DNA of 64,000 bases from NCBI GenBank assembly GCA_017410375.1, contig JAFQQW010000040.1:70-64069 (forward strand), given 5' to 3'. The position numbers and the translations under genes are program-made. The notes under the pieces were generated by a model. That model saw nothing but the letters and a program-made list of their open reading frames with translations. It ran no database searches and was not told where the DNA came from. Shown here piece by piece: positions 35,601 to 45,382 of this stretch; positions within the stretch are counted from its first letter, which is position 1, and each line of letters opens with the position of its first letter. The DNA comes from Clostridia bacterium (GTDB lineage Bacteria; Bacillota; Clostridia; RGIG6154).

Positions 35601-36182
35601 ATGTTTGAAATTTGGGGAACCTTTAAAAGAGATGACCGACGCAACGAAAGACTGTTCCGATATTTTACAAAAACCTTTTTTCAGGAGGATATGCTTCCGC
35701 TTGTCCCGCCCTGCTTTTCGTCATGGGCATCTTATATCGAAAAAACAGATAAAATCATTGTTACATTCCGTCATTTCAGATACCAAAACGCCCCTTATGT
35801 TACCTTGCAACAGCTTCAGGCGGTTCTTAAGGACTTTGACTCAGTAAAAGAAAAAACACTCATTGAATTATCTCCCATGGCAGAGGATTTTAATCTGGAT
35901 AAAGGGTTCTCCATTCCCATGAACGGAAACCAGGCAGTTTTAAAAGCTTCTTTAAAAGGTGCTCCGATATTCTATGATCCGCTCACGGCTTGCGCCTATT
36001 TTACATACAAAGCAGACGAAACGCATCTTGTGTGGCTGGAAAACACCAGAAGCATTGCCGAAAAACACAATCTGATTAAAAAGAACGGTTTTAGCGGTAT
36101 TTACTGGCGATATCCTTACGCTCTGCCCGAGGGAAACTGGGAATCCATGTACGAAATCTACGAAAAAAGAACAAGATGCTGA
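35601..36182 (+). CDS. Hypothetical cytoplasmic protein
   Basis: Starts MFEIWGTFKRDD with an AAAGGA RBS. No confident family. The C-terminal segment (NGFSGIYWRYPYA) vaguely recalls the GH18 D-x-D-W-E region but is degenerate. Confidence 0.5.
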   Translation: MFEIWGTFKRDDRRNERLFRYFTKTFFQEDMLPLVPPCFSSWASYIEKTDKIIVTFRHFRYQNAPYVTLQQLQAVLKDFDSVKEKTLIELSPMAEDFNLDKGFSIPMNGNQAVLKASLKGAPIFYDPLTACAYFTYKADETHLVWLENTRSIAEKHNLIKKNGFSGIYWRYPYALPEGNWESMYEIYEKRTRC

Positions 36183-36198
36183 GTATATCAGCATCTTG
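36161..36198 (-). terminator. Rho-independent terminator of rpsU (caagatgctga-gtatat-tcagcatcttg + T-run on the minus strand)
   Basis: 11-bp perfect stem. Overlaps the 3' end of the convergent 35601..36182 gene. Confidence 0.75.
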
Positions 36199-36208
36199 CA
36201 GGATTTCA

Positions 36209-36385
36209 TTATCTGAATTTTCTTTTTCTTGCAGCCTCGGATTTCTTCTTTCTTTTTACGCTGGGCTTTTCATAGTGTTCTCTTTTTCTGATTTCAGAAA
36301 GAACACCTGCTTTTGCACACTGACGTTTAAATCTGCGAAGAGCGCTATCCAAAGACTCATTATCCTTAATTTTAACCTCAGACAT
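36209..36385 (-). CDS. rpsU: 30S ribosomal protein S21
   Basis: 58-aa ORF, below the 60-aa ORF-track cutoff: [58 protein letters not shown]. Classic S21 sequence. RBS GGAGGGAGGG. Confidence 0.92.
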   Translation of the reverse strand: MSEVKIKDNESLDSALRRFKRQCAKAGVLSEIRKREHYEKPSVKRKKKSEAARKRKFR

Positions 36386-36506
36386 TATTTTCCCTCCCTC
36401 CGCTTTACAAGCCGTCCTTTCGAACGGACATAACTACATCGTAAAAGAATTACTTAGATATTATACAACATATTTTGCGGTATGTCAAGAGGATTTTGCA
36501 AAATAA

Positions 36507-36851
36507 TTAAATCATTTTTTCGGTAAGTTTCACACCGCCAATGATATGGAAGTGCAAATGACGTACAGTCTGACCGCCATCCTCACCGCAATTGTTGATA
36601 ACCCGGAAGCCTTTTTCCGCAACGCCTGCTTTTTCTGCAATCTCACGGATTTTGGTCCAGATATATCCTAAAATTTCCGCATCTTCTGCTTCAATCGCAT
36701 CCGCACCTGCAATGTGCTTTTTCGGAATCACCAGAATATGCACAGGTGCTACAGGATTGATATCGTTAAATGCTAAAATCTTATCGTCCTCATAAACCAC
36801 CGAGGACGGTATTTCTTTATTTGCAATTTTACAAAAGAGACAGTTTTCCAT
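36507..36851 (-). CDS. HIT-family histidine-triad nucleotide-binding protein
   Basis: Contains CLFCKI and the HLHFHIIGG triad motif. 114 aa. Confidence 0.9.
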   Translation of the reverse strand: MENCLFCKIANKEIPSSVVYEDDKILAFNDINPVAPVHILVIPKKHIAGADAIEAEDAEILGYIWTKIREIAEKAGVAEKGFRVINNCGEDGGQTVRHLHFHIIGGVKLTEKMI

Positions 36852-36872
36852 TTGTCATCTGCTCCCCCTTTC

Positions 36873-39512
36873 TTATTTTGCGATTTGTTTTGCAACAATT
36901 TCGTCGACAACAGCAAGTGCATCATCAACCTTCTCCAGAACCTTACCACCACCGCGTGCAGAATCAGGCTTACCGCCACCACTACCGCCTGCAATTGCAG
37001 TAATTTCTTTCATAATCATGCCGGCATGTGCACCAAGTGCAATCGCTTCTTTGTTTGCAAGGCTCACAAAGCTGATTTTGTCATCCATATGATTTGCAAG
37101 GACAATCACACCCGGATTCTTCATTTTATCTTTCAGCTGGTCGCCTGTAACACGGAGTTCGTCCATTGTGCCTTCTCCAAGATCTGCTGTTACAACACGG
37201 ATATCTCCAACAACTTTTGCGCCAACCAATAAATTATCAGTCATGCCTTTTGCAAGTTTTTCCCGGAACGTATCAATCTTCTTCTGTAATTCCTTACCTT
37301 CCGCAACAACAGATGCCGCTTTCAGATCAATTTCAGCGGGATTTGCTTTCAGCTGTTCTGCAGTACGCTGAATGAGTGCTTCTTTTTCCTTGAGGTAATC
37401 CAAAACCGCCTTGGATGTTACCGCTTCAATACGGCGGACACCTGCAGAAACGCCATTTTCAGAAAGCAATTTAAATAAGCCGATTTCGCTGGTGTTATTT
37501 ACATGACAGCCACCGCAGAATTCGATAGAATAATCAGACATGGATACAACACGAACCACTTCGCCGTATTTTTCACCAAACAGTGCCTTTGCACCTGTTT
37601 TCTTTGCTTCTTCAATAGACATTTCCTGCTTTAACACAGGGATTGCTTCTAAGATTTTTTCATTGACAATTTGTTCTGCTTTTGCAATTTCTTCCGCTGT
37701 CATCGCAGTAAAGTGCGAGAAGTCAAAGCGGAGTCTGTCTGCAGATACAAACGAACCTGCCTGTGCAACATGATCGCCCAACACATCACGCAATGCCTGC
37801 TGCAGAAGATGGGTTGCAGAGTGATTACAGATGATTGCTTTTCTGTTTGCAGTATCAACCGCCATAACAATCTTGTCATCCACTTTAATTTCTTCTTTTG
37901 CTTCAATTTCATGCATGTAGTAGCCGTCACCGGTTTTAGTGGTGTTTACAACCTTTGCAATTTCCTTGCCGTCTTTAAGCACCACACCAATATCGCCTAC
38001 CTGACCGCCCATTTCTGCATAGAAAGAGGTGCTGTCCACAACTAAGAAACCGTTTTCACCGGCAGAAATTACCTGTGCAACCTCCTGCTCTTTTACAATA
38101 CCCTTAACGGTTGCATTGCAGGACAATTCTTCATAGCCACAGAACACGGTAGGCTCTGCATTTTCAAAAGTATAGGTTGCGTCCGCATCCCAGCTCGAAC
38201 CGTCTGCACGTGCATCACGCGCAGCTTTTTTCTGTGCATCCATAGCCGAATTAAAGCCGTCTACATCCACAGAAAGGCCTTTTTCTTCTGCCATTTCAAT
38301 GGTCAGATCCAGCGGGAAGCCGTAGGTATCATGCAGTTTAAATGCCTGGTCGCCGGTAAGTGCCTTGCCGCCTGCGTTCTTTACTTCTTCAATATACTGA
38401 TTCAGAACGATAAGACCGTTATCGATGGTTGCATCGAAGCGTTCTTCTTCTTTCTGAATGATTTTGGTGATATACTCTTTCTTTTCTTCCAGTTCGGGAT
38501 AAGCGGATTTAGAGGTTTCAATCACGGTTTCCGCAACCTCAAACAGGAACTGCTTGTTGATGTTTAATAACTTTCCGTGACGTGCCGCACGACGGAGCAA
38601 ACGACGGAGTACATAGCCTCTGCCCTCGTTGGAAGGGATAACGCCGTCAGATACCATCATAACAGTAGAACGGATGTGGTCGGTAATAACACGGAGCGAA
38701 ATATCCTTCTTTTCATCCGTTTTATATTCCACGCCTGCAATTTTAGAGATGTGCTTCATAACATCCTGCACGGTGTCTACCTCAAAAAGGTTGTCCACAC
38801 CCTGCATAACAACTGCTAAACGCTCTAAGCCCATACCTGTATCAATGTTGGGATGCTCTAAAGGATTGTAGTTTCCGTCTTCATCTTTATCGAACTGGGT
38901 AAACACCAGATTCCATACTTCCATAAAGCGGTCACATTCACAGCCTACGCCACAATCGGGAGAACCGCAACCGTAGCTTTCACCGCGGTCAAAATAGATT
39001 TCAGAGCAAGGACCGCATGGACCTGTACCGTGTTCCCAGAAGTTATCAGCTTTGCCGAGACGTACAATACGTTCGGGCGCAACGCCCACTTCCTTGGTCC
39101 AGATTTCAAATGCTTCGTCATCCTCTTCATAAATAGAGCACCAAAGCTTATCTGTCGGAATTTCCAGAACCTTTGTAAAGAATTCCCATGCCCAGGCAGT
39201 TGCTTCTCTCTTGAAGTAATCGCCAAAGGAAAAGTCGCCCAGCATTTCAAAATAGGTGCCGTGACGGGCAGTTTTACCTACATTTTCAATATCACCGGTA
39301 CGGATACATTTCTGGCAGGTGGTTACTCTTTTACGGGGCGGAACCTCCGCACCGGTAAACCAAGCCTTCATGGGAGCCATACCCGAGTTAATCAAAAGTA
39401 AGCTTGCGTCATTTTTCGGAATCAGCGGAAAAGACGGCAAACGTAAATGGTCCTTGGTTTCAAAGAAAGCAAGGAATTTTTCTCTTAATTCATTCAAGCC
39501 CATATACTGCAT
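36873..39512 (-). CDS. alaS: Alanine--tRNA ligase
   Basis: 879 aa. Catalytic core (FTNAGM-like region, WEFF), editing-domain motifs HxxxH and CGGCH(V), and a C-terminal DHHA1 domain. RBS GGAGA. Confidence 0.97.
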   Translation of the reverse strand: MQYMGLNELREKFLAFFETKDHLRLPSFPLIPKNDASLLLINSGMAPMKAWFTGAEVPPRKRVTTCQKCIRTGDIENVGKTARHGTYFEMLGDFSFGDYFKREATAWAWEFFTKVLEIPTDKLWCSIYEEDDEAFEIWTKEVGVAPERIVRLGKADNFWEHGTGPCGPCSEIYFDRGESYGCGSPDCGVGCECDRFMEVWNLVFTQFDKDEDGNYNPLEHPNIDTGMGLERLAVVMQGVDNLFEVDTVQDVMKHISKIAGVEYKTDEKKDISLRVITDHIRSTVMMVSDGVIPSNEGRGYVLRRLLRRAARHGKLLNINKQFLFEVAETVIETSKSAYPELEEKKEYITKIIQKEEERFDATIDNGLIVLNQYIEEVKNAGGKALTGDQAFKLHDTYGFPLDLTIEMAEEKGLSVDVDGFNSAMDAQKKAARDARADGSSWDADATYTFENAEPTVFCGYEELSCNATVKGIVKEQEVAQVISAGENGFLVVDSTSFYAEMGGQVGDIGVVLKDGKEIAKVVNTTKTGDGYYMHEIEAKEEIKVDDKIVMAVDTANRKAIICNHSATHLLQQALRDVLGDHVAQAGSFVSADRLRFDFSHFTAMTAEEIAKAEQIVNEKILEAIPVLKQEMSIEEAKKTGAKALFGEKYGEVVRVVSMSDYSIEFCGGCHVNNTSEIGLFKLLSENGVSAGVRRIEAVTSKAVLDYLKEKEALIQRTAEQLKANPAEIDLKAASVVAEGKELQKKIDTFREKLAKGMTDNLLVGAKVVGDIRVVTADLGEGTMDELRVTGDQLKDKMKNPGVIVLANHMDDKISFVSLANKEAIALGAHAGMIMKEITAIAGGSGGGKPDSARGGGKVLEKVDDALAVVDEIVAKQIAK

Positions 39513-39587
39513 AATTTCATCTCCAAAACTAATTATAAATTATCTATAGTATTATATCACATTACCACTTAGAAAGCAAATGTTTTT

Positions 39588-40298
39588 TTATTTTTTCTTT
39601 TCCTTTGCAAAAAGAAGTACGCAAGTCTCTTCATTTCCGTTTTTAAGCTCTACCCAAATGCCGTTATCGGTGATTTTCCGGCACATTTTAATGGTTTCGT
39701 CCGGCAAAAGCGCCTTTCTGTAAGTAATCTGCAGTTCGTTCACTTCAAAATCTTCGGGCAGAAGCTCCATGGCAACCTCCGCAGACTTTACGTTATTCAT
39801 GTGATTGTTGGTATCCAGATCTCTCTTTTCAACACGCGTCTCCGAAAGCATCTGTACATCCTTTTCGGGACGGAGCTTGATAAAAGGCAATTCGTTATCC
39901 TCCTCCTGAACCGATTCATAATTCTTAAAAATCTGTTCAGGCACCAAAATCACCCGCATGCGCTCAGTATCTACCGTAAACCAGTCTGCAGTTGCAATGC
40001 TTTTTAACTCTCTGTCCTGCCAGATTTCAGACTTTCTTGCAGAGGAAAATTTGTGAATGTTCATAATGCCCGTTTTAACCAGAATCGGCTTTGTGGCATC
40101 CAGTGGCTTTAAGAAACGAATTCGCCAGCCCTGCAAAAGCCATGCAATATGCAAAGAATAAAGCGCTTCTAATGTATATCCCTTTGTATCCGAATGATAA
40201 ATTGCCACATCCTGCAATATATCCATCACAGAGCTTAAACGAATCTGTCCGTTTTTATCAATATCGCTGTAACGAAAGGTATATTCTCGTTCTATCAT
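39588..40298 (-). CDS. Acyl-[acyl-carrier-protein] thioesterase (FatA/B-like hot-dog fold)
   Basis: Starts MIEREYTFRYSDIDKNGQIRLSSVMDILQDVAIYHS. Double hot-dog architecture. 236 aa. Confidence 0.8.
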   Translation of the reverse strand: MIEREYTFRYSDIDKNGQIRLSSVMDILQDVAIYHSDTKGYTLEALYSLHIAWLLQGWRIRFLKPLDATKPILVKTGIMNIHKFSSARKSEIWQDRELKSIATADWFTVDTERMRVILVPEQIFKNYESVQEEDNELPFIKLRPEKDVQMLSETRVEKRDLDTNNHMNNVKSAEVAMELLPEDFEVNELQITYRKALLPDETIKMCRKITDNGIWVELKNGNEETCVLLFAKEKKK

Positions 40299-40308
40299 AA
40301 AAGTCTCC

Positions 40309-41649
40309 TTACTTTACGGTTATCTCACCCACCTTATAATATGCACCGCTTCGTTTGGCATCGGAAGCAAAATACACCACAGGAATGTCCTGATTAAATA
40401 TACCGATTTCAATAGCATATGTGCCTTTTTTCATGTTCTCAGGTAAAACAAAAGTGGCTTTTTCCGCATTTTTACCGGGCATCCACTTTGTGATGTCCAC
40501 ATCATTTTCCAATGGGTATTCCTTCTCACCATCAATAAAACGAATATGCAAAGGAAGCTTTCTGTAAATAGGAGCAACACCTACATTATCAATACCAAGC
40601 TTTAATGTAATCTCGTCCCCCGCTTCTGCTTCACCAGGGAATTTAAAGTAATCAATGACATAGTGATATCCCATTTTGCTTACCCAGTAATCAATTTTGT
40701 CCTTCCATTCAAAAGGAATGGGAATGGATTTCGCATTAAACGAGCTGATATGCCACCCTAAGGTCATTTGAATCACTTCATCAATGTCCCAACCCTTACG
40801 TTGCCATTCGCAAAGCCACCAAAAGGCTTCAAAGGAAATGGGCGCCGATTTCCAGGCATCCGGGAACTGTTCCAACTGTTTGCCGTACACTTCATGTAAA
40901 TGATACGGATTACCTAAGCCGTCTCCGCGCAAGCCCACCGGCACAACCTTGCTGGCACGCTTGGCAATTCCAGGCTTTGTGAGCTGTCCGATAAGTCTTG
41001 TTTCTTTAAACACTTCAGTATGCATGTCAAACAGATTTTCAATGTCTTCTTCGGGATAAAGCTCTAAGTTGTGTCCCTCTCCCCAGGAGCCGGGAAGAGA
41101 AATATCCATGGTATCTAAAACAGGATTGCTGTCAAACTTTTCGCCAAACGCGCGCACCGCCTTTGTGAAATACTGTAAAAATTTCGGATCGGTTGGTGAA
41201 TCCTTTACGCGCTTGCCCTTAGGTCTTGCAGGACACGGAATGATTTCTTTCAACCAATCCGGCACATCATCAATATCACGGGTACTGTGTGCCATCAAAC
41301 GGAACGCAACCGTTTGATTATGCGCCTTTGCCGTATCTAAAATATCCTGCACAAACTGATAATTATATTTCCCCTGCTCCGGTTCAAATTCTTTCCAAAG
41401 AATACGGATGTACACGATAGAGGTGTCAGGATAATATCCCTCTTCTCTGCCGTTTTCCGGCACCCATTCGGGAATTGGGTAACATTCCACATCCTCGGTT
41501 TCACACATATTGTTCTCAGGCTTTACCACAATATCAGAGTACAGTTTTTCACCTCTGAAATGCTGAAAACTGCAAAAACCGATATAGGGATTTTGTTCCT
41601 CTTCTTTTTTGTACGCAAAATAATTGGTTTTAGTTGTCTCTCTTAACAT
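40309..41649 (-). CDS. Putative cytoplasmic glycoside hydrolase (DUF4874/DUF4832-like TIM-barrel + C-terminal beta-sandwich)
   Basis: 446 aa with no signal peptide. The family assignment is from memory of the DUF4832 proteins and needs an HMM check. RBS GGGAGG. Confidence 0.4.
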   Translation of the reverse strand: MLRETTKTNYFAYKKEEEQNPYIGFCSFQHFRGEKLYSDIVVKPENNMCETEDVECYPIPEWVPENGREEGYYPDTSIVYIRILWKEFEPEQGKYNYQFVQDILDTAKAHNQTVAFRLMAHSTRDIDDVPDWLKEIIPCPARPKGKRVKDSPTDPKFLQYFTKAVRAFGEKFDSNPVLDTMDISLPGSWGEGHNLELYPEEDIENLFDMHTEVFKETRLIGQLTKPGIAKRASKVVPVGLRGDGLGNPYHLHEVYGKQLEQFPDAWKSAPISFEAFWWLCEWQRKGWDIDEVIQMTLGWHISSFNAKSIPIPFEWKDKIDYWVSKMGYHYVIDYFKFPGEAEAGDEITLKLGIDNVGVAPIYRKLPLHIRFIDGEKEYPLENDVDITKWMPGKNAEKATFVLPENMKKGTYAIEIGIFNQDIPVVYFASDAKRSGAYYKVGEITVK

Positions 41650-41722
41650 TGTTTTCGCCTCCCGATAGTTATATAGTCAGTATACCACAATATGGAAAAA
41701 AAGTCAAAAAAAACATTGGGTT

Positions 41723-43705
41723 TTAACCCAATGTTTTTGTATCCAGTATTACAACCTGATGATTTTCAAGCTTTGGTAGCGTATAAGAAACCGTATCACC
41801 ATTTTGCACAAATGAAATTTTTTCTTTTTGCGGTACGGTGTACACCGCTTGAATCTTCTTATCTCCCACTTTAACGCTTACATCCACATTGTAAACAGGC
41901 AGAATTTCTTCTACAATTTCAATGCCGTCACCGCGCTTAATGGGCGATGCATACAAAAGATGATTTCTGAAAAATGTACCGCAATCTACTAAAGTGGTAA
42001 TGCCTTTGGATGGAAGATTGGTCTGCACGCGCTTATTATCGCCAAGCAGACGATTTAAGGCGAAATGCACAATTTCCTTTGCAATCAGTGCGCCATGCAC
42101 CGCATATTCTTCAAAGATGTTCCACGGAATAACAATACCGTCTTTTCCCTCTACAACGCCTGCACCGTAGCTTTCGCCTGAAGACGGCGAATGACGGTGT
42201 GAACAGAAATGTTCACAGGTTCTGTTAAAGAACGGCTTGATATGCCCTGCAAGTTCTTCACCACCGGCAAGCTCAATTTTCTGTGATTGACTGTAAATGA
42301 CATAGTCGGTTTTATATAAGGTTTTCAAATCTTCTTTTACACGCAGGTAGTCGGGGTTGTATTCCGATTCACATATATATTTCGCACCAAAATCAAGTGC
42401 ATATGCCGTTTTTTCTTTGTTCACGCCCGAGATACCCGTCGCAAGCACTTTACCGCCGTTGGCTGTAAATTCTTTTAATTTTGCAGCAAGTTTTTCGTCC
42501 AGCAAAATGGTGTCAGGTAAAATAACCACCTTGTATTTGGAGAGGTCCGTGTCGGTATCTGCTACATCAAAAAGGTATTGCCCTTCCAGCAAAATACGTC
42601 CTGCACCGGAATTTCCGTTGAAATTTCTGCCGATTTTATCAAAATCGGGATGATCATAGTATTCCATAACCGCTTCCTGGGATAAAAGAGCAATTTCAGA
42701 ACAGAATTCCCCTTCCTGAAGCCAGGGCTCAATTGCTTCCACTTCGGCATAAGCTTCACCTATAGTTTTATATGTTGCTTCGTCCATTTCGCCCGAGGGA
42801 TGCAACTGATCGCCCACCGAAACACAGGCACCGTTTGCAATAGAAAGTGCCGCTTCAAACCGAAGTGCATTCGGATGTTTAAAACCACCAAACTCACCCC
42901 AGGATTTATGGAATTTGCCTGTCATTCCCAGATAATCCATACCGAGAATTCTTGCATAAGCGGCAGACAACGGAAAATGGTCATACCCCCAACCGCCGGT
43001 AGGCAAGCTTTCCAGTTCCAGATGTGTATTCATTTCTGCAATGTACCGCTTACCTGCTGTAATGTGTCCTGCATTATGGAACACGGGATGCCCCGGTTTT
43101 ACTGCATCTATCGTTTCACGCACACGACGGGTGTAATTTGCGTATACTTCTTCAGCAAGCGCCTGTGCTTTTTCTTCATCCTCTACTGCCCAACCCCGTT
43201 CCTGCATAGTTTGCAGACAGCTTTTGCAGTAGCATTTATGTACGCCCACAATATCTAAGAAAATACCGTCTCCGTCATAACGCTGAAGCACTTCAGTAAT
43301 CTGGTCAAGCAACGTATCTAAATAAGGCGTATTCATACATAGTCTGTGATAGTGCGGGAAAGAAAAGTCCGGCTCGGTATCCGGAATTCCCAATGCAATT
43401 TCATCCTTATGAGAAACTGCATACTTTTCATCCAGCCCTGCAGACAAATAGATAGGTGTTTTTACACCGATTTCCTTTGCCGCTTCAATCTCGGCGCCCA
43501 ACAAATCAAATTTTAAATGCGGATGGGTTTGATTGGCGTTGGACGGATGGTATGCCCAGCCGTGATGACACTTAGAAAAAATCGTAATGGAATCCACATG
43601 TCCTGTTTTAAGCATTTTTTGAAAATTTTCTTTAGAAAATTTCACACCAATATTTTCTATATGTTCCGAGGTGTGAAAATCCAGATGTACTTGTCTTTTG
43701 CGCAT
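41723..43705 (-). CDS. Putative glycoside hydrolase of the GHL6 family with a beta-galactosidase-trimerisation-like domain
   Basis: Starts MRKRQVHLDFHTSEHI, the hallmark N-terminus of 'hypothetical glycosyl hydrolase family 6' proteins. No signal peptide. Start taken at the ATG with a GGGAG RBS. Confidence 0.55.
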   Translation of the reverse strand: MRKRQVHLDFHTSEHIENIGVKFSKENFQKMLKTGHVDSITIFSKCHHGWAYHPSNANQTHPHLKFDLLGAEIEAAKEIGVKTPIYLSAGLDEKYAVSHKDEIALGIPDTEPDFSFPHYHRLCMNTPYLDTLLDQITEVLQRYDGDGIFLDIVGVHKCYCKSCLQTMQERGWAVEDEEKAQALAEEVYANYTRRVRETIDAVKPGHPVFHNAGHITAGKRYIAEMNTHLELESLPTGGWGYDHFPLSAAYARILGMDYLGMTGKFHKSWGEFGGFKHPNALRFEAALSIANGACVSVGDQLHPSGEMDEATYKTIGEAYAEVEAIEPWLQEGEFCSEIALLSQEAVMEYYDHPDFDKIGRNFNGNSGAGRILLEGQYLFDVADTDTDLSKYKVVILPDTILLDEKLAAKLKEFTANGGKVLATGISGVNKEKTAYALDFGAKYICESEYNPDYLRVKEDLKTLYKTDYVIYSQSQKIELAGGEELAGHIKPFFNRTCEHFCSHRHSPSSGESYGAGVVEGKDGIVIPWNIFEEYAVHGALIAKEIVHFALNRLLGDNKRVQTNLPSKGITTLVDCGTFFRNHLLYASPIKRGDGIEIVEEILPVYNVDVSVKVGDKKIQAVYTVPQKEKISFVQNGDTVSYTLPKLENHQVVILDTKTLG

Positions 43706-43804
43706 AATAAACATCTCCCATTTTTCATGTTACTGTTATTGTAACACAAAGAAACGCTTTCCGCAATGTTTAAAAACGCGTTTTCTTGTTCAAAATTGCC
43801 TTTT

Positions 43805-45277
43805 TTAAAGAATAATACAAATCAGTCCGCCACTTCCCTCATTGATAATGCGCTGTAAGGTTTCCTGCAGCTTCATCTGCGCATCATCCGGCATGTGCGA
43901 AAGTTTATTGTGCAAGCCTTCGTTTACAAGCTCATGCAAGGTTTTACCAAAAATATTGGATTGCCAGATTTTGGTCGGCTCATTGTCAAACTCCTGCAAC
44001 AGATAATGCACAAGCTCCTCCGATTGCTTTTCCGTACCTACAATCGGACTCACTTCGGTTTCTACCACAGCTTGCACCATGTGAATGGAGGGTGCACTGG
44101 CGCGGAGACGCACACCAAACCTTCCGCCCTGCTTGATAATTTCAGGCTCTTCCAAATGCAGTTCCTCAATGGATGGTGTTACGATACCATACCCTTTTTG
44201 TTTGACTTCCTGCAACGCATTTGCCACTTTATCATATTCTTTCTTCATATCTGCTAAAGACCGCATCAAAGAAATCAGATCGGCCTGCCCGTCAATTGCA
44301 AAACCGGAGGACTCCCCAAGTATTTTATAAAACAGTGCTTCAGGAACAGAAACCGAAATATCTGCCGCACCGCATCCTAAATCCATAGAACGAACATAGG
44401 TCCGATCAACCCATTCATTTTGCAAAAGTACATCGGTCATCTGTTTGATTTCCCGTACTTTTTTCACGCCATCTAATGAATGTTTTACCGCGTCCATTAA
44501 GGATGTGCATAACCAATGGGCGTCCTCTAAACCGTCCACCCAGGCAGGAAAACGAATTTTGATTTCGCTGACCGGGAATTCTGTCAGTACGGTTTCCATG
44601 ATTTTTTGGATATCCTGCTCGCTTAACGTACTGCAATTCACCGGCATGACCGACACTGCGTATTTATCAGACAGTTCTTCAGCTAACGCTTGTGTTTTAG
44701 CAGAATACGGGTCCGTGCTGTTTAAGAGCATAATAAACGGCTTTTTTATAGCTTTAAGTTCCCGTACAACCCGCTCTTCTGCTTCAATATAATCCTCACG
44801 CGGAATCTCGGTAATTGAACCGTCTGTTGTTACTACCAACCCTATAGTAGAATGTTCTTCAATAACTTTTCTTGTTCCAAGCTCTGCCGCTTGTACAAAC
44901 GGAACAGGCTCATCCGCCCAGGGCGTACTTACCATACGCTGTACACCATCTTCCATATGTCCGGTTGCACCGTTTACCACATAACCCACACAGTCAATCA
45001 ACCTTACTTTACAATTCAAACCATCATTCAAAGAAATGCCTACCGCCTCGTTTGGAATAAATTTAGGTTCTGTGGTCATGATGGTTTTACCGCCTGCACT
45101 CTGGGGCAGTTCGTCCGTTGCTCTTTGTTTTTTGTATGCATCATCCATATTGGGAAGCACCAAAGTATTCATGAACCGCTTGATAAATGTGGACTTGCCT
45201 GTTCGCACCGGCCCTACCACACCAATATAGATGTCTCCACCGGTACGCATTGCAATATCCTGGTAAATATTCTCCAT
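43805..45277 (-). CDS. spoIVA: Stage IV sporulation protein A (spore coat morphogenetic ATPase)
   Basis: Starts MENIYQDIAMRTGGDIYIGVVGPVRTGKSTFIKRFM (Walker A). Length 490 aa. Start at the ATG with a GGAGGAG RBS. Confidence 0.95.
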   Translation of the reverse strand: MENIYQDIAMRTGGDIYIGVVGPVRTGKSTFIKRFMNTLVLPNMDDAYKKQRATDELPQSAGGKTIMTTEPKFIPNEAVGISLNDGLNCKVRLIDCVGYVVNGATGHMEDGVQRMVSTPWADEPVPFVQAAELGTRKVIEEHSTIGLVVTTDGSITEIPREDYIEAEERVVRELKAIKKPFIMLLNSTDPYSAKTQALAEELSDKYAVSVMPVNCSTLSEQDIQKIMETVLTEFPVSEIKIRFPAWVDGLEDAHWLCTSLMDAVKHSLDGVKKVREIKQMTDVLLQNEWVDRTYVRSMDLGCGAADISVSVPEALFYKILGESSGFAIDGQADLISLMRSLADMKKEYDKVANALQEVKQKGYGIVTPSIEELHLEEPEIIKQGGRFGVRLRASAPSIHMVQAVVETEVSPIVGTEKQSEELVHYLLQEFDNEPTKIWQSNIFGKTLHELVNEGLHNKLSHMPDDAQMKLQETLQRIINEGSGGLICIIL

Positions 45278-45382
45278 ACCTTCTCCTCCATACTTGTTTT
45301 TGTACATACTATGTGGAGAGGCAAAAAAATAGAACAAAAAAGGTTGCAAGCTTTAAGCTTACAACCTTTTGCATTCAAACAA

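Noticed and set aside
39513-39587. Possible T-box leader upstream of alaS
   Set aside because: The intergenic space is only 75 nt. That is too short for a T-box riboswitch, and no specifier or T-box motif is visible.
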